A DNA stretch of 64,000 nucleotides. Source: an uncultured bacterium (GTDB lineage Bacteria; Methylomirabilota; Methylomirabilia; Methylomirabilales; CSP1-5). A program made the translations under genes and the position numbers. The DNA lies in NCBI GenBank assembly GCA_964558395.1, contig CAZLDS010000004.1, forward strand, positions 20,897 to 84,896, read 5' to 3'. This document shows, piece by piece, positions 9,967 through 18,837 of the stretch; position 1 is the first letter of the stretch, and each line of letters opens with the position of its first letter. The notes beneath the pieces were generated by a model that had not been told where the DNA came from, did no database searches, and saw only the letters and a program-made list of their open reading frames with translations.

Positions 9967-10191
9967 TCACAGTCGGGGGGGTTCAAACGGCCCGTTGGTG
10001 ACAAGCTTGATGAACTCCACACTCTCCTCGGGGGTAAAAATCCCGAGGTCTTGGGCCGCGCAGATGATCTCTTTCCACGACGGTCCTTCCCCCTCAATCT
10101 CTCTGCCCCGCCGGACGAGGGTATAGATGGCAGCCACGAGGTCAGGCGGCGCTTTGACGATGAGCCTCCGGAGCAGGTCCTGTCCCGACAT
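9967..10191 (-). CDS. Small (74 aa) soluble hypothetical protein
   Basis: ATG-initiated ORF with GC-rich third codon positions typical of the neighbouring genes. No motif recognised. Confidence 0.45.
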   Translation of the reverse strand: MSGQDLLRRLIVKAPPDLVAAIYTLVRRGREIEGEGPSWKEIICAAQDLGIFTPEESVEFIKLVTNGPFEPPRL

Positions 10192-10212
10192 GCGGACTCC
10201 TCGGGGGGGCTA

Positions 10213-10257
10213 GAAACAAAAAACGCCTCAAGGAGGGGTCTGTTCCTCCTTAAGGCG
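10213..10257 (-). terminator. Rho-independent terminator downstream of the ClC gene
   Basis: The minus strand reads CGCCTTAAGGAGG-AACAGACC-CCTCCTTGAGGCG followed by TTTTTTGTTTC. The stem is 13 bp with one G-U pair. Confidence 0.8.
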
Positions 10258-10382
10258 TCCCGGCCTCTGTCGAGCGACACGTCCATGGGGTCCTCGACTT
10301 TGTGCATATCTATCTGTTTACGCCGGTTCTCTCCCTTTGTCAAGAATTTCCTACACCCGGGTAAAGAGCTCTGGGTTTGGTC

Positions 10383-11750
10383 TCACGGTTCCTTTCTTCT
10401 TCCGGATAGTCTTGCATGCACCGCTTTCAGGATTCGTAAGACCCTCGCCCTGACGGGTGTGCGTCCCGGCTTCACGTGTGTTTCGATTTTTTCAATCTCC
10501 TCGCCGATCCGCACTTCCAGGGACGGAGATTTCTCGATCGCGAGTACTTGGGACGGGTAGACACTCCGATGGCCGGTCATCACGAAACTCACGACGCAGG
10601 CCACCGCGGCGTACGGGGCGATCCTCGGCCCAAAATACTCTACGGCCAACACACTCCCGGCAATCGGTGTATTCGCCGCTCCCGCCAAAAGGCTCACCAA
10701 GCCGATAGCCGCAAAGGTGGCGGTGTCCTCGCTCAAGATGTGGGCAATGGCCGTCCCCGCTGTTGCTCCCATGAAGAACATCGGCGTGACAATCCCGCCA
10801 CTGCCCCCAAAGCTGAGCGTGATGCTGGTAAAAATCGCCTTCAAGATGAAGGCATACCAAATGACGCTGCGCCCTTCTAAGGAAGCCTCAATCGTGTTCA
10901 GACCCAGCCCGAGATACTCTTGTGAGAAGAACAATGTCAGCACAATGATCAGCCCGCCACCAATCACCCCCTTCCACGGGGCCCAAATCGCCACGATGTC
11001 CGCAAGCTTCTTTGCCCATCGTAACGCCTCAATGAGAAGGACCGAACAGAGACCAAAGAAGACCCCCGCTACGAGGACCTTCAAGAAAAAGGCCTGCGTA
11101 AAGACCGGGACAAATTCAAGTGGGTGGTAAAAATAGGTAATCCCCAGTGATGAGGACACCTGGTAGCTGATAATTCCCGCCACAAAAGAGGGCAGAAGGA
11201 CGTCGTAGACAATGCTGCCCACAAAGAGCACTTCGACGCCAAAGATCGCCCCGGCGATTGGCGTGCCGAAGACCGAGGCAAAGCCGGCGCTAATGCCACA
11301 TATCACCAATTTTTTCCGATCGCGATCACCAAATCGAAATATATCGGCAAAGATCGAGGCAAGGCCCCCCCCGATTTGCGCACACGGGCCTTCTTTGCCG
11401 ACGGAACCCCCCAACGAGATCGTGAGGATCGTCGTCGCAAACTTGACCGGGACCGCCAACACCTCCATCTTGCCTGCCCGTTTGTGGACCACCTCAATCA
11501 CCCGCTCGGTCCCGTGGCCTTCCGCGGTCGGAGCAAGATAATGCGTCAGGATGACGCTGCAAAACAATGCGGCGGGCAGCAAGAGGAAAAAGTATGGGAC
11601 CTGACCCGTGAGCCAGGTGCTCCACTCCAAGGTTTTCAGGAACGCCGCCGTTGCCAAACCCACGATGGTGCCAATGATCGTTGCAAACACAAACCATCGG
11701 ATAATTTCAAAAAAAATGAGGGATTCTTCAGTGAATAATCGCGTCTTCAT
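10383..11750 (-). CDS. ClC family voltage-gated chloride channel / H+-Cl- antiporter
   Basis: 455 aa, polytopic. ClC selectivity-filter blocks are present: GSVGKEGP and GGSGGIVTPMFFMG. Confidence 0.9.
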   Translation of the reverse strand: MKTRLFTEESLIFFEIIRWFVFATIIGTIVGLATAAFLKTLEWSTWLTGQVPYFFLLLPAALFCSVILTHYLAPTAEGHGTERVIEVVHKRAGKMEVLAVPVKFATTILTISLGGSVGKEGPCAQIGGGLASIFADIFRFGDRDRKKLVICGISAGFASVFGTPIAGAIFGVEVLFVGSIVYDVLLPSFVAGIISYQVSSSLGITYFYHPLEFVPVFTQAFFLKVLVAGVFFGLCSVLLIEALRWAKKLADIVAIWAPWKGVIGGGLIIVLTLFFSQEYLGLGLNTIEASLEGRSVIWYAFILKAIFTSITLSFGGSGGIVTPMFFMGATAGTAIAHILSEDTATFAAIGLVSLLAGAANTPIAGSVLAVEYFGPRIAPYAAVACVVSFVMTGHRSVYPSQVLAIEKSPSLEVRIGEEIEKIETHVKPGRTPVRARVLRILKAVHARLSGRRKEP

Positions 11751-11765
11751 GGTATATATCTGACC

Positions 11766-12725
11766 TCATCGAGCCGAAAAGCCCTCGGTGTCGTGACCCC
11801 TCGGCGTGGTCTGCACGGCCAAGACCGGACACGGGGCCTTCCGGATCACCGCTGCCGCCACGCTCCCGAGGATGACGTGGGGGAGGCCGGTGCGGCCACG
11901 GGTGCCCATGACGATCAGGCCAGCCTGTTCGGTTTCGGCCTGGGCCACGATGACTTCGGTTGGTGCCCCGACCACGACCTTCCAATGAGCGCGCAGTCCT
12001 GTTGCCTCCGCTTCTCGCTGTCTGCGCCCGAGTTCTTGTTCGACGGTCGGAAAGGAACGCTGCACCTCGGCTTCTGGCAAGGGCCCCGGATGCTCAGCGA
12101 GGGCCTCGGCTATTTCGGGGGGCGAAACCGCGTGCAGGAGAACCATGTCCGCCTCAAAGACACCCGCCAAGGTCAGCGCATACTGCCAGGCGCCCTCGGA
12201 GACGGCAGATAGGTCAGTCGCCCAGAGAATACGTTTGACGCCGGTGAGTGGCCGCGCCCCCTGCCCAAGGCGGAGCGTGAGGACGGGAACGGACACCGTG
12301 CGGAGCACCGCCTGGGCGACGCTGCCGAGCAAGAGATGCGCGAGACCTCTGCGCCCGTGGGTCGCCATGAGGATGAGATCCGCCTGACTCTCTGCGGCCG
12401 CCCATCCGATCCCCGGCGTCGGGTCGCTGACTTTCACATGAAACCGGACGGTCAGCGACGGCCGGAGTTGTGCCGGCACGACGGTTTCAAACCACGTGCG
12501 GAGCCGGTCACGCACGTCATCCAAGACGTCCACCTGGGGCTTCCCCCGCTCCCGCCCGACCTCTTGGAGAAGCTCTAGCCCGGAAAAGGCATGGAACAGC
12601 ACGAGATCTGAGTGTGCCCGTGTCGCCAGCCGTGCAGCGAGCTCACACGCGGCCCCGGCGGGCGGGGAAAAGTCGGTCGGGACGAGAATGCGGGCGATAC
12701 GTGCTACGACACTCACATCCGTCAC
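11766..12725 (-). CDS. Tandem-domain universal stress protein (2 x UspA)
   Basis: 319 aa. Two USP modules each end in GxxGRxGLxHxLLGSV ([21 protein letters not shown] and [21 protein letters not shown]). Confidence 0.9.
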   Translation of the reverse strand: MTDVSVVARIARILVPTDFSPPAGAACELAARLATRAHSDLVLFHAFSGLELLQEVGRERGKPQVDVLDDVRDRLRTWFETVVPAQLRPSLTVRFHVKVSDPTPGIGWAAAESQADLILMATHGRRGLAHLLLGSVAQAVLRTVSVPVLTLRLGQGARPLTGVKRILWATDLSAVSEGAWQYALTLAGVFEADMVLLHAVSPPEIAEALAEHPGPLPEAEVQRSFPTVEQELGRRQREAEATGLRAHWKVVVGAPTEVIVAQAETEQAGLIVMGTRGRTGLPHVILGSVAAAVIRKAPCPVLAVQTTPRGHDTEGFSAR

Positions 12726-13682
12726 CTACGCGGCGATGCCATCGGTGCCTCGTTCCTTCGTTTGGCCATCTCGGCTGACCTTCACTGCCAGGACCGGACA
12801 GGGTGCCTTCCGGATTACCCCCGCCGCCACGCTTCCGAGGATGGCGTGCGAGAGGCCGGTTCGGCCATGCGTACCCATGATGATCAGATCGGCTTGCTCT
12901 GCCCGGGCATACCCCACGATGGCCTCGGTTGGAATTCCCACCACGACCTTCCGGCGGGCGCGCAATCGCAGGGCTTCGAGCGCCTGTTGTCGCCGCTCAA
13001 GTTCCTCCTCTATCCGTATGAAGTAATGCTCTACCCAGTGGACCGGCCGGGAGAGTGGATGATCAGCGACGGCGGCCACCTCGGTGGGTTGCACGGCGTG
13101 GAGCAGTACCACTTCGGCGCCAAAGACGCCCGCGAGAGTGACGGCGTACTGCCAGGCCCCCTCGGACACGGGGGACAGATCGGTCGCCCACAGAATCCGC
13201 CGGATCGCCGCGAGGTGGTGCTCCCCTTGCCCGAGCCGGAGCGCCAGGACGGGAACCGAAACAGTCCGGAGCACCGCCTCGGTGACGCTGCCCAGTAAGA
13301 GATGCGAGAGGCCGGTCCGCCCCCGGGTCGCCATCAGAACGAGGTCTGCCCCAGTGCGTCTCACCGCCCGCGCGATCCCCGGGATCGGTTCGCCAACCTT
13401 CACCCGGAAATCGACCGGCAGGAACCCGTGCAGTTCTGAGGGCACCCCAGCTTCGAACCACGTCTGCACCTGGGTCCGGGCGGCATTCAGGAACTCTACC
13501 TGCGTTCTCTTCCCCGGGCGCCGAACCTCGTGGAACAGCTCTGCCCTCGGGATGGCGTGGAAAATGACAAGGCCAGCCTTGAGGAAATTTGCCAACCGCG
13601 CGGCGAGGTGGCACGCAATCTGCGACGCGAGGGAATAGTCGGTGGGCAGAAGAATTCGGGTGATCTTCACTGTGGGATCCAT
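12726..13682 (-). CDS. Tandem-domain universal stress protein (2 x UspA), paralog of the 11766-12725 gene
   Basis: Same architecture as its neighbour. Long blocks are near-identical, for example [46 protein letters not shown]. Its stop codon abuts the next start codon. Confidence 0.9.
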   Translation of the reverse strand: MDPTVKITRILLPTDYSLASQIACHLAARLANFLKAGLVIFHAIPRAELFHEVRRPGKRTQVEFLNAARTQVQTWFEAGVPSELHGFLPVDFRVKVGEPIPGIARAVRRTGADLVLMATRGRTGLSHLLLGSVTEAVLRTVSVPVLALRLGQGEHHLAAIRRILWATDLSPVSEGAWQYAVTLAGVFGAEVVLLHAVQPTEVAAVADHPLSRPVHWVEHYFIRIEEELERRQQALEALRLRARRKVVVGIPTEAIVGYARAEQADLIIMGTHGRTGLSHAILGSVAAGVIRKAPCPVLAVKVSRDGQTKERGTDGIAA

Positions 13683-13933
13683 ACCTGCTCCCCTGCGCGG
13701 CCCCGAAAAGCACAACGCCCTCCCAGGCGATATTCCGCCCGGGAAGGCGCCAGAACGTTTGGTGCACCCACAATGATACCAGACGTGGGCGATGACTGTA
13801 TCTCTACCCCGGCTTCATGGACTCCTCCCTCAGCTTACGAAACAAATATCGCGCCCTGTCAAATGGGTGTCAAGCCTCGGGGATTTCATCGTGGGTGAAG
13901 GCATATCGACATCAGGTGGAGGGCTCGTCGCAA

Positions 13934-14533
13934 TTACTCACGGTTCAGCCGATCGAAGGCCTCTTTGGTGAGGGTCGCAACAAAGGGAAGGTTCCTGTAC
14001 ATCTGGCGGAAGTCGAGGCCGTACCCGATCACGAACTTGTCCGGGATCTCAAAGCCTCGATAGGCGATAGGCAAATCCACGATGCGACGGGCCGGTTTAT
14101 CCAGCAAGACACAGACCTTGAGGCTTGCGGGGGCCCGGGGCTCCAGATTACGCAACAGGTAACTGAGGGTGAGGCCGGTATCGATGATATCCTCGATAAC
14201 GAGGACCTCTCGGCCGGCGATGGTCTCTTCGAGATCTTTGAGAATCTTGACGACCCCGGACGGTCGTGCCCCGGGGCCGTAACTCGACACGGCCATGAGA
14301 TCAATGGTCAGGGGCATGGAGATGGCCCGGCACAGATCGGCGAGGAAGATGAATCCACCTTTGAGAACGCTGACGAGGACCAGGTCCTGTCCGGCATAGT
14401 CGCGCGAGATCTGCTCGCCGAGCTCTCGAACCTTGGCCTGCAGCTGTGCCTCGGGGACCAAGACCTCGGCGATATCGCCGGCCATCCAGCCCTCGACTCG
14501 ATGCACTTTCCCCCTTGACAGATCAGCAGCCAT
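13934..14533 (-). CDS. hpt: Hypoxanthine-guanine phosphoribosyltransferase
   Basis: PRPP-binding motif VLVIEDIIDTGLTLSYL and the typical Hpt C-terminus FVIGYGLDFRQMYRNLPFV. The start is ATG 14533 or ATG 14485. Confidence 0.9.
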   Translation of the reverse strand: MAADLSRGKVHRVEGWMAGDIAEVLVPEAQLQAKVRELGEQISRDYAGQDLVLVSVLKGGFIFLADLCRAISMPLTIDLMAVSSYGPGARPSGVVKILKDLEETIAGREVLVIEDIIDTGLTLSYLLRNLEPRAPASLKVCVLLDKPARRIVDLPIAYRGFEIPDKFVIGYGLDFRQMYRNLPFVATLTKEAFDRLNRE

Positions 14534-14625
14534 GATACATACTGTTAACGAGTCCCGAGAGGTCAGTCCGATCTTGATACCGGGTCACGCGATCCGGGGG
14601 GACCGGGGGCTCCCGTAGAAAGATT

Positions 14626-14670
14626 GACCAGCCGCCCTGATTACGCCGAGGGGCGCAGGGATAGCTGGTC
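14626..14670 (-). terminator. Extended GC-rich hairpin between the 14719 gene and hpt (terminator or leader structure)
   Basis: Nested perfect stems: GACCAGC/GCTGGTC, CCCTG/CAGGG and CGCC/GGCG. On the minus strand they are followed by AAUCUUUCU. Confidence 0.3.
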
Positions 14671-14718
14671 GCGGGAACCGGTTGCCGGAAAAAAGAGATC
14701 GGGAGGGTCACTCGGGAC

Positions 14719-15282
14719 TCAATTTTTTTGGACAATCCCGAATCTCGCAAGGAGCTTTCGATAATCCCGCCCATAGAAGACCTTCAGATTCACCGTCGGA
14801 TACAATTCCCGCAGCCTTCGGATCTTGCGATTCTTCTTGGTCACCAGGTCCTGTTTGAGGGTGGTCAGTTCGATGAAGAGGTCGAATTGGGGGAGATAGA
14901 AATCGGGGGTAAAGCTCTCGGTCACTTCTCCACCGCCGTCCCACTCCAGCGGGAAGTTCTGCGGCTCGTACTGCCACTCGATCTGGTAAAAGTCCAGGAT
15001 GCGGGCAAACTCCTCTTCGCTCGCGTTGGCAAACGGAGCGCGGGGTTCGCCGGTCTGCACCTCGAGGCCCGGAGTCTCTTCGGCCTCGTGGAGAATCGCG
15101 TGAAAGCGATCGAGAAGTGACAGGGGAATCTCGAGCCGCTCGTCACCCGGGATCCACTCCCCCTCAGGGGTCTCCCGAAACAACTGAATGTCCACCCCAC
15201 TATCGGTGAGGAAGATATGGATCTCTTCGCCGGGATTCCGCTCTAACCGCTCAATCAGTTCCCTGCGACCCTCCGTCTGCAT
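14719..15282 (-). CDS. Hypothetical protein with a PD-(D/E)xK nuclease-like C-terminal motif
   Basis: 187 aa. FTPDFYLPQFDLFIELTTLK fits a D...(D/E)xK-type restriction-endonuclease-fold core. No other motif recognised. Confidence 0.5.
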   Translation of the reverse strand: MQTEGRRELIERLERNPGEEIHIFLTDSGVDIQLFRETPEGEWIPGDERLEIPLSLLDRFHAILHEAEETPGLEVQTGEPRAPFANASEEEFARILDFYQIEWQYEPQNFPLEWDGGGEVTESFTPDFYLPQFDLFIELTTLKQDLVTKKNRKIRRLRELYPTVNLKVFYGRDYRKLLARFGIVQKN

Positions 15283-15285
15283 CCC

Positions 15286-15942
15286 CTAAGCACCCGTCCG
15301 ACGTGCCCCTCGACCCCGCCGGGCCTGCGCACCGACGAGCGCACCGACCTCGGTGTTGAGAGGAATCCCCTTCTTGCATAGGGGACACTCTGCGCGGAGA
15401 TACGTGTGGTAGTCCCGGGTCACTAGCGCGAAGAAGGGGGCCCGAAACTTTACGCGGGGGTTTCGGTTCCAGAGACTTCCAATACCGACGACGCGACCAC
15501 GACGCCCTTCCACCAGCTGGATGAGGGAGTGGATCGTGGACCCGGTGGTCACGATATCCTCGACAATCAACGCGCTGCATCCGCGGTACATGAAGGGAGA
15601 AAACTCTCGGGGAAGCGTCACTTCTGTCCTCCCTTCCTTGCCCTTCCCCTTGACGGCATATAGCAACTTGGGGCGCGAGGGATGCGCCTTGGCCACACAG
15701 TAGCCCAGGATGGTGGCACCGATCCCAGAGGTCAGCACCACATCCACGGGTGACGCGGCAAAGTGCTGCGCGATGATGTCTCCCAGTCCCTCGGTAAACG
15801 ACGGCTCCGTGGTCACCAGCCTCTTTTCCACGTACTCGCGCGCATGCCGACCCGAGGAGATGACGAAATGATCGTTCGTCAGGTACGCCCCGGTCCGCAT
15901 GATCAGCCCGCGATTAATCCGCTCGAGAACATCCGCCTCCAT
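15286..15942 (-). CDS. Type I phosphoribosyltransferase (orotate PRTase-like)
   Basis: PRPP loop ALIVEDIVTTGSTIHSL. The start was chosen at ATG 15942 to avoid overlap with the upstream GNAT gene; the ORF extends to 16011. Confidence 0.8.
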   Translation of the reverse strand: MEADVLERINRGLIMRTGAYLTNDHFVISSGRHAREYVEKRLVTTEPSFTEGLGDIIAQHFAASPVDVVLTSGIGATILGYCVAKAHPSRPKLLYAVKGKGKEGRTEVTLPREFSPFMYRGCSALIVEDIVTTGSTIHSLIQLVEGRRGRVVGIGSLWNRNPRVKFRAPFFALVTRDYHTYLRAECPLCKKGIPLNTEVGALVGAQARRGRGARRTGA

Positions 15943-15991
15943 CCGCTTGTCCTCCGTCACGCCCACCGTCCCCTCGCTTATGCCCGAAAAT

Positions 15992-17041
15992 TCACAAATC
16001 CATCGGATCAATGAAAACGAACCGGTCTTTCGGCACTCTTTCTTGCCCCGGGGTACGAATATAGAGTGTCAGTCCGATGCGCACGGCGTCTGGAGGAATG
16101 ATGGCGCTCAACGGGTCCCCCGGAACATACGGGAGGAGCAGGGTTCCGCCCGACGCAGTGATCATGGCCTGGGCCGCCCGCAGTCCCTCCACAAGCGTGT
16201 CCGGATCCCGCCAACCCAGCGGATAGAGGAAGAAGGGACGAACCGGCCTCTCGGCGTGACGGTCCCGAACGCGTAGCCGCATCACCTGGGAGTAATCCCA
16301 CAGGCCAAAACAGGCCGTCCACCTCCCGTGCACCCGGCGGCAGTACACGCCCTGCCAGCCCAGGGGGGGCAGCCGATCAAGCGTCCTGTCAAGGGTCGCC
16401 GGATCCCAGGGCGGCGTAAAATCGTGCAGGCGGTAGGTTGTATCCAGCAACGAAGCCATCTCGCCGTCTCTCTCGGTGATCCGCTCAAACCCGCCGGACC
16501 CTCCCCTATCCAACCCGGAGATGAGAGCCATCGCGCACTGCCTGAGCGGAACATTCCCGCGTCCTTCCACAAAGGATTCTGATGGCGTGTTCCCCTCGAT
16601 TACCCAGGAATAGCCGCCAACGATGCCCGGCTCAAGAACCGTATCCCGTAGGACATTCGCAATCCGACGCGCGACGCCACGCCGCTGGTGGGTGGGCCTG
16701 ACGCGCAGATCATAGAAGTACGCCCACCGATCTCTGACCCCATTTACCTGCAGGCTTTTAAGGGTCACACCCCCGACGCCGATAATCGTCCCTGCCTCTT
16801 CGGCCACACAGAGGCGAAAGCTGTCGTACACACGGGAACGGGCAAAAAAATCGGGAGAGCGGTCAAAGACGAGCGGGATCGCTCCCCCCATGACGCACTG
16901 ACGGTCCAGGTCGATGAGGGCGTCATTGTCTTCTTGTCGGGCATCCCGGACAACAATCTCGGAAGCCAATGAATCTCTTGACTCGCCTCCTCTTCGGGAG
17001 GATTCCCTGCACGAAGAACCTCCACAGCCTTTTCTTATCAT
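15992..17041 (-). CDS. GNAT family N-acetyltransferase with an extra C-terminal domain
   Basis: 349 aa. Acetyl-CoA-binding motif: LRVRPTHQRRGVARRIANVL (Q/RxxGxA type). Confidence 0.75.
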   Translation of the reverse strand: MIRKGCGGSSCRESSRRGGESRDSLASEIVVRDARQEDNDALIDLDRQCVMGGAIPLVFDRSPDFFARSRVYDSFRLCVAEEAGTIIGVGGVTLKSLQVNGVRDRWAYFYDLRVRPTHQRRGVARRIANVLRDTVLEPGIVGGYSWVIEGNTPSESFVEGRGNVPLRQCAMALISGLDRGGSGGFERITERDGEMASLLDTTYRLHDFTPPWDPATLDRTLDRLPPLGWQGVYCRRVHGRWTACFGLWDYSQVMRLRVRDRHAERPVRPFFLYPLGWRDPDTLVEGLRAAQAMITASGGTLLLPYVPGDPLSAIIPPDAVRIGLTLYIRTPGQERVPKDRFVFIDPMDL

Positions 17042-17057
17042 AGGATAGAAGCACGGG

Positions 17058-18227
17058 TCAAGGTTTTGCGCCCTGCGGGGTCCTCCCCAGCGAGAAACCG
17101 ATGAGTATAACGCCCACCAACGGTAAGACCCCCGTGATCCCGAACATCCCCTGATACCCGATCCACTCCGCCACGAACCCCATGGTCATGGGACCGAGGC
17201 AGGTCCCGAGGACCACGGCGCCACTGAAGAGGCCGAGCACACGCCCCCGACGCCCGGGTTCCACATGATCCACGAGCAGGGCAGCCAGCGTGGGATAGAG
17301 CACCCCGTGGGCGCTACCGGTGAGCCCTCCGATCCAGAACAGAGCCCGGCGCGGCCCCGGCCAGAGCAGGAGGAAGGTCCCGAGGGAAAAAAGGAGCAGG
17401 GTCGGAATCACCATCTGCCAGCGCCCCCAGACATCCGCCAAACGCACGCCGAGTAGCCGGACTATAATGGCGGCAGCGGCATACGCGAGATAGAAGCCCC
17501 CCACCCTGGCGACCCCCTCTACCCCCTTCGCGAACGGCGGGAAGAAGGCATACAAGGTTCCGAAACAGACCCCAAAGATGACTGAGATCAGCAGGGGAAG
17601 AAAGACGATGGATCGCGCGATTCCTCCCCCTGTATCGGCGGCGACCGGCACGACCTCCGGAGGGTTTAAAAGCCCGACGACCAGGAGACCACCCAGCGAG
17701 AAGCTTGCGGCGAAGAGGAAAAAGGCCTCGTACCCGTAGGCCTGGATCACCAGCTCGCCCACGGCGGGCGCCAGACCCATCGTCAGGAGACCAGAGATCC
17801 CGAAGACGCCAACCGTTTCGGCTCGATGTCTGGGAGGGGCGATCTCGGCAATCAGCGTCAGATTGGCCACGAAAAAAGCGGAGTAGCCGAAACCCTGGAG
17901 AAAGCGAAGCACGGAAAAGAGCGGGCTAAGCTCGGTCAGGAAGGCGAAGGGCGCCGAGGCAACCAGACACATCGCGCCGCCCAGCACTTGAAAGAACTTG
18001 ATCCCGACCCGTTCAAGCCACCTCCCGACCACCGGCAGGAAGATGAACGCGGCAAGACTGTAGACACCCATGATCCAGCCGATACGGGCTTCTGAACCAC
18101 CCAGATCCGCGATGTACAGGGGGAGGAGATTGAACGAGCTAATATTGAAGAAAAAGAGGAAATTGGCTGCCGTGGCCTGCCAGAATTCTGGACGCGAGAT
18201 GCCGGGAGAGAGCTGAAGTAGCCTCAC
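17058..18227 (-). CDS. MFS transporter
   Basis: 389 aa with about 12 TM segments. The MFS loop motif GRWLERVGIK lies between TM2 and TM3. Confidence 0.85.
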   Translation of the reverse strand: MRLLQLSPGISRPEFWQATAANFLFFFNISSFNLLPLYIADLGGSEARIGWIMGVYSLAAFIFLPVVGRWLERVGIKFFQVLGGAMCLVASAPFAFLTELSPLFSVLRFLQGFGYSAFFVANLTLIAEIAPPRHRAETVGVFGISGLLTMGLAPAVGELVIQAYGYEAFFLFAASFSLGGLLVVGLLNPPEVVPVAADTGGGIARSIVFLPLLISVIFGVCFGTLYAFFPPFAKGVEGVARVGGFYLAYAAAAIIVRLLGVRLADVWGRWQMVIPTLLLFSLGTFLLLWPGPRRALFWIGGLTGSAHGVLYPTLAALLVDHVEPGRRGRVLGLFSGAVVLGTCLGPMTMGFVAEWIGYQGMFGITGVLPLVGVILIGFSLGRTPQGAKP

Positions 18228-18246
18228 AGGTCCCTCGCGTTGGGGA

Positions 18247-18837
18247 TCATGCAGACCTCGGCGACATCAACAGGCGAGGGATGAGCTCCTTGATTCGGCG
18301 GGCGATCAGAGGCGGAGCGGCGTCTTTCCCCTTGTTCAGATACAGCGCGGGTGCAGTCACCTCGGTCAGCCGACGCAGAGACTCGTCCGCTCGAACCGCC
18401 GAGACAAAAAGAATCGGAACCGGGGTGGGAAGATCGAATCCCTTTTCCAGCGCGCGGAGCGCCAGGGCAGCGACAGACCCATCCATCGGTTTCATCAAGA
18501 TATCCAAGATGACCAACGAAACTTGGCGATGATCCCGGAAGCGCCGGACGCACTCGGTCAGGAGCTGAGCCCCGCCCTCGCAGGTGATGACCTCTTTACC
18601 CACCCGCTCTCCAATCAGGATGTCGCTCAGCAGGCTGCGAAAGAGTCGTTCATCATCCGCCAGAACGATACACTCGAGCGTTTTCTCCAAAATGATCCCG
18701 GCTCGCTCCTGCAAGGTGAAGCCACAGTAGGTGCATCGAAGCTCTACCTGCTCGCTATCTTCGACGCTGTAGGTGGTGGGGGCCTCCTCCCCGCAGCTCA
18801 TACAGTAGGGCGACTTGGATGGCGCAGTCGCGGTCAT
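18247..18837 (-). CDS. Zinc-ribbon - receiver domain protein (single-domain response regulator with an N-terminal CxxC...CxxC)
   Basis: YCMSCGEE-N18-CTYCGF, then a canonical REC domain (LADDE ... LVILDILMKPMDG ... LFVSA ... YLNKG). Its start overlaps the thrB stop (ATGA at 18834-18837). Confidence 0.8.
   Translation of the reverse strand: MTATAPSKSPYCMSCGEEAPTTYSVEDSEQVELRCTYCGFTLQERAGIILEKTLECIVLADDERLFRSLLSDILIGERVGKEVITCEGGAQLLTECVRRFRDHRQVSLVILDILMKPMDGSVAALALRALEKGFDLPTPVPILFVSAVRADESLRRLTEVTAPALYLNKGKDAAPPLIARRIKELIPRLLMSPRSA

Noticed and set aside
10383-11750. The ClC gene considered as a fluoride-specific CLC-F exporter, given the GGIVTP motif.
   Set aside because: The first selectivity motif is the canonical GKEGP rather than the GREG(T/V)/GNNL type of CLC-F as I remember it. 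No fluoride riboswitch-like leader is visible. Left as a generic ClC.
13609-13623. Near-perfect sigma-54 element TGGCACGCAATCTGC on the plus strand.
   Set aside because: It lies inside the USP coding sequence (minus strand), and no plus-strand gene follows it. I take it as a chance hit. It also serves as a warning about the false-positive rate of the two intergenic sigma-54-like elements.
14534-14718. Purine (guanine/adenine) or PRPP/ykkC-type riboswitch in front of hpt.
   Set aside because: A UUUCUAC stretch resembles the purine riboswitch J2/3. The flanking P2/P3 loops, the J1/2 UAUA core and the ykkC GGUCCGAGAG / ACGR / GGGA blocks are absent. It is kept only as an unexplained structured spacer.
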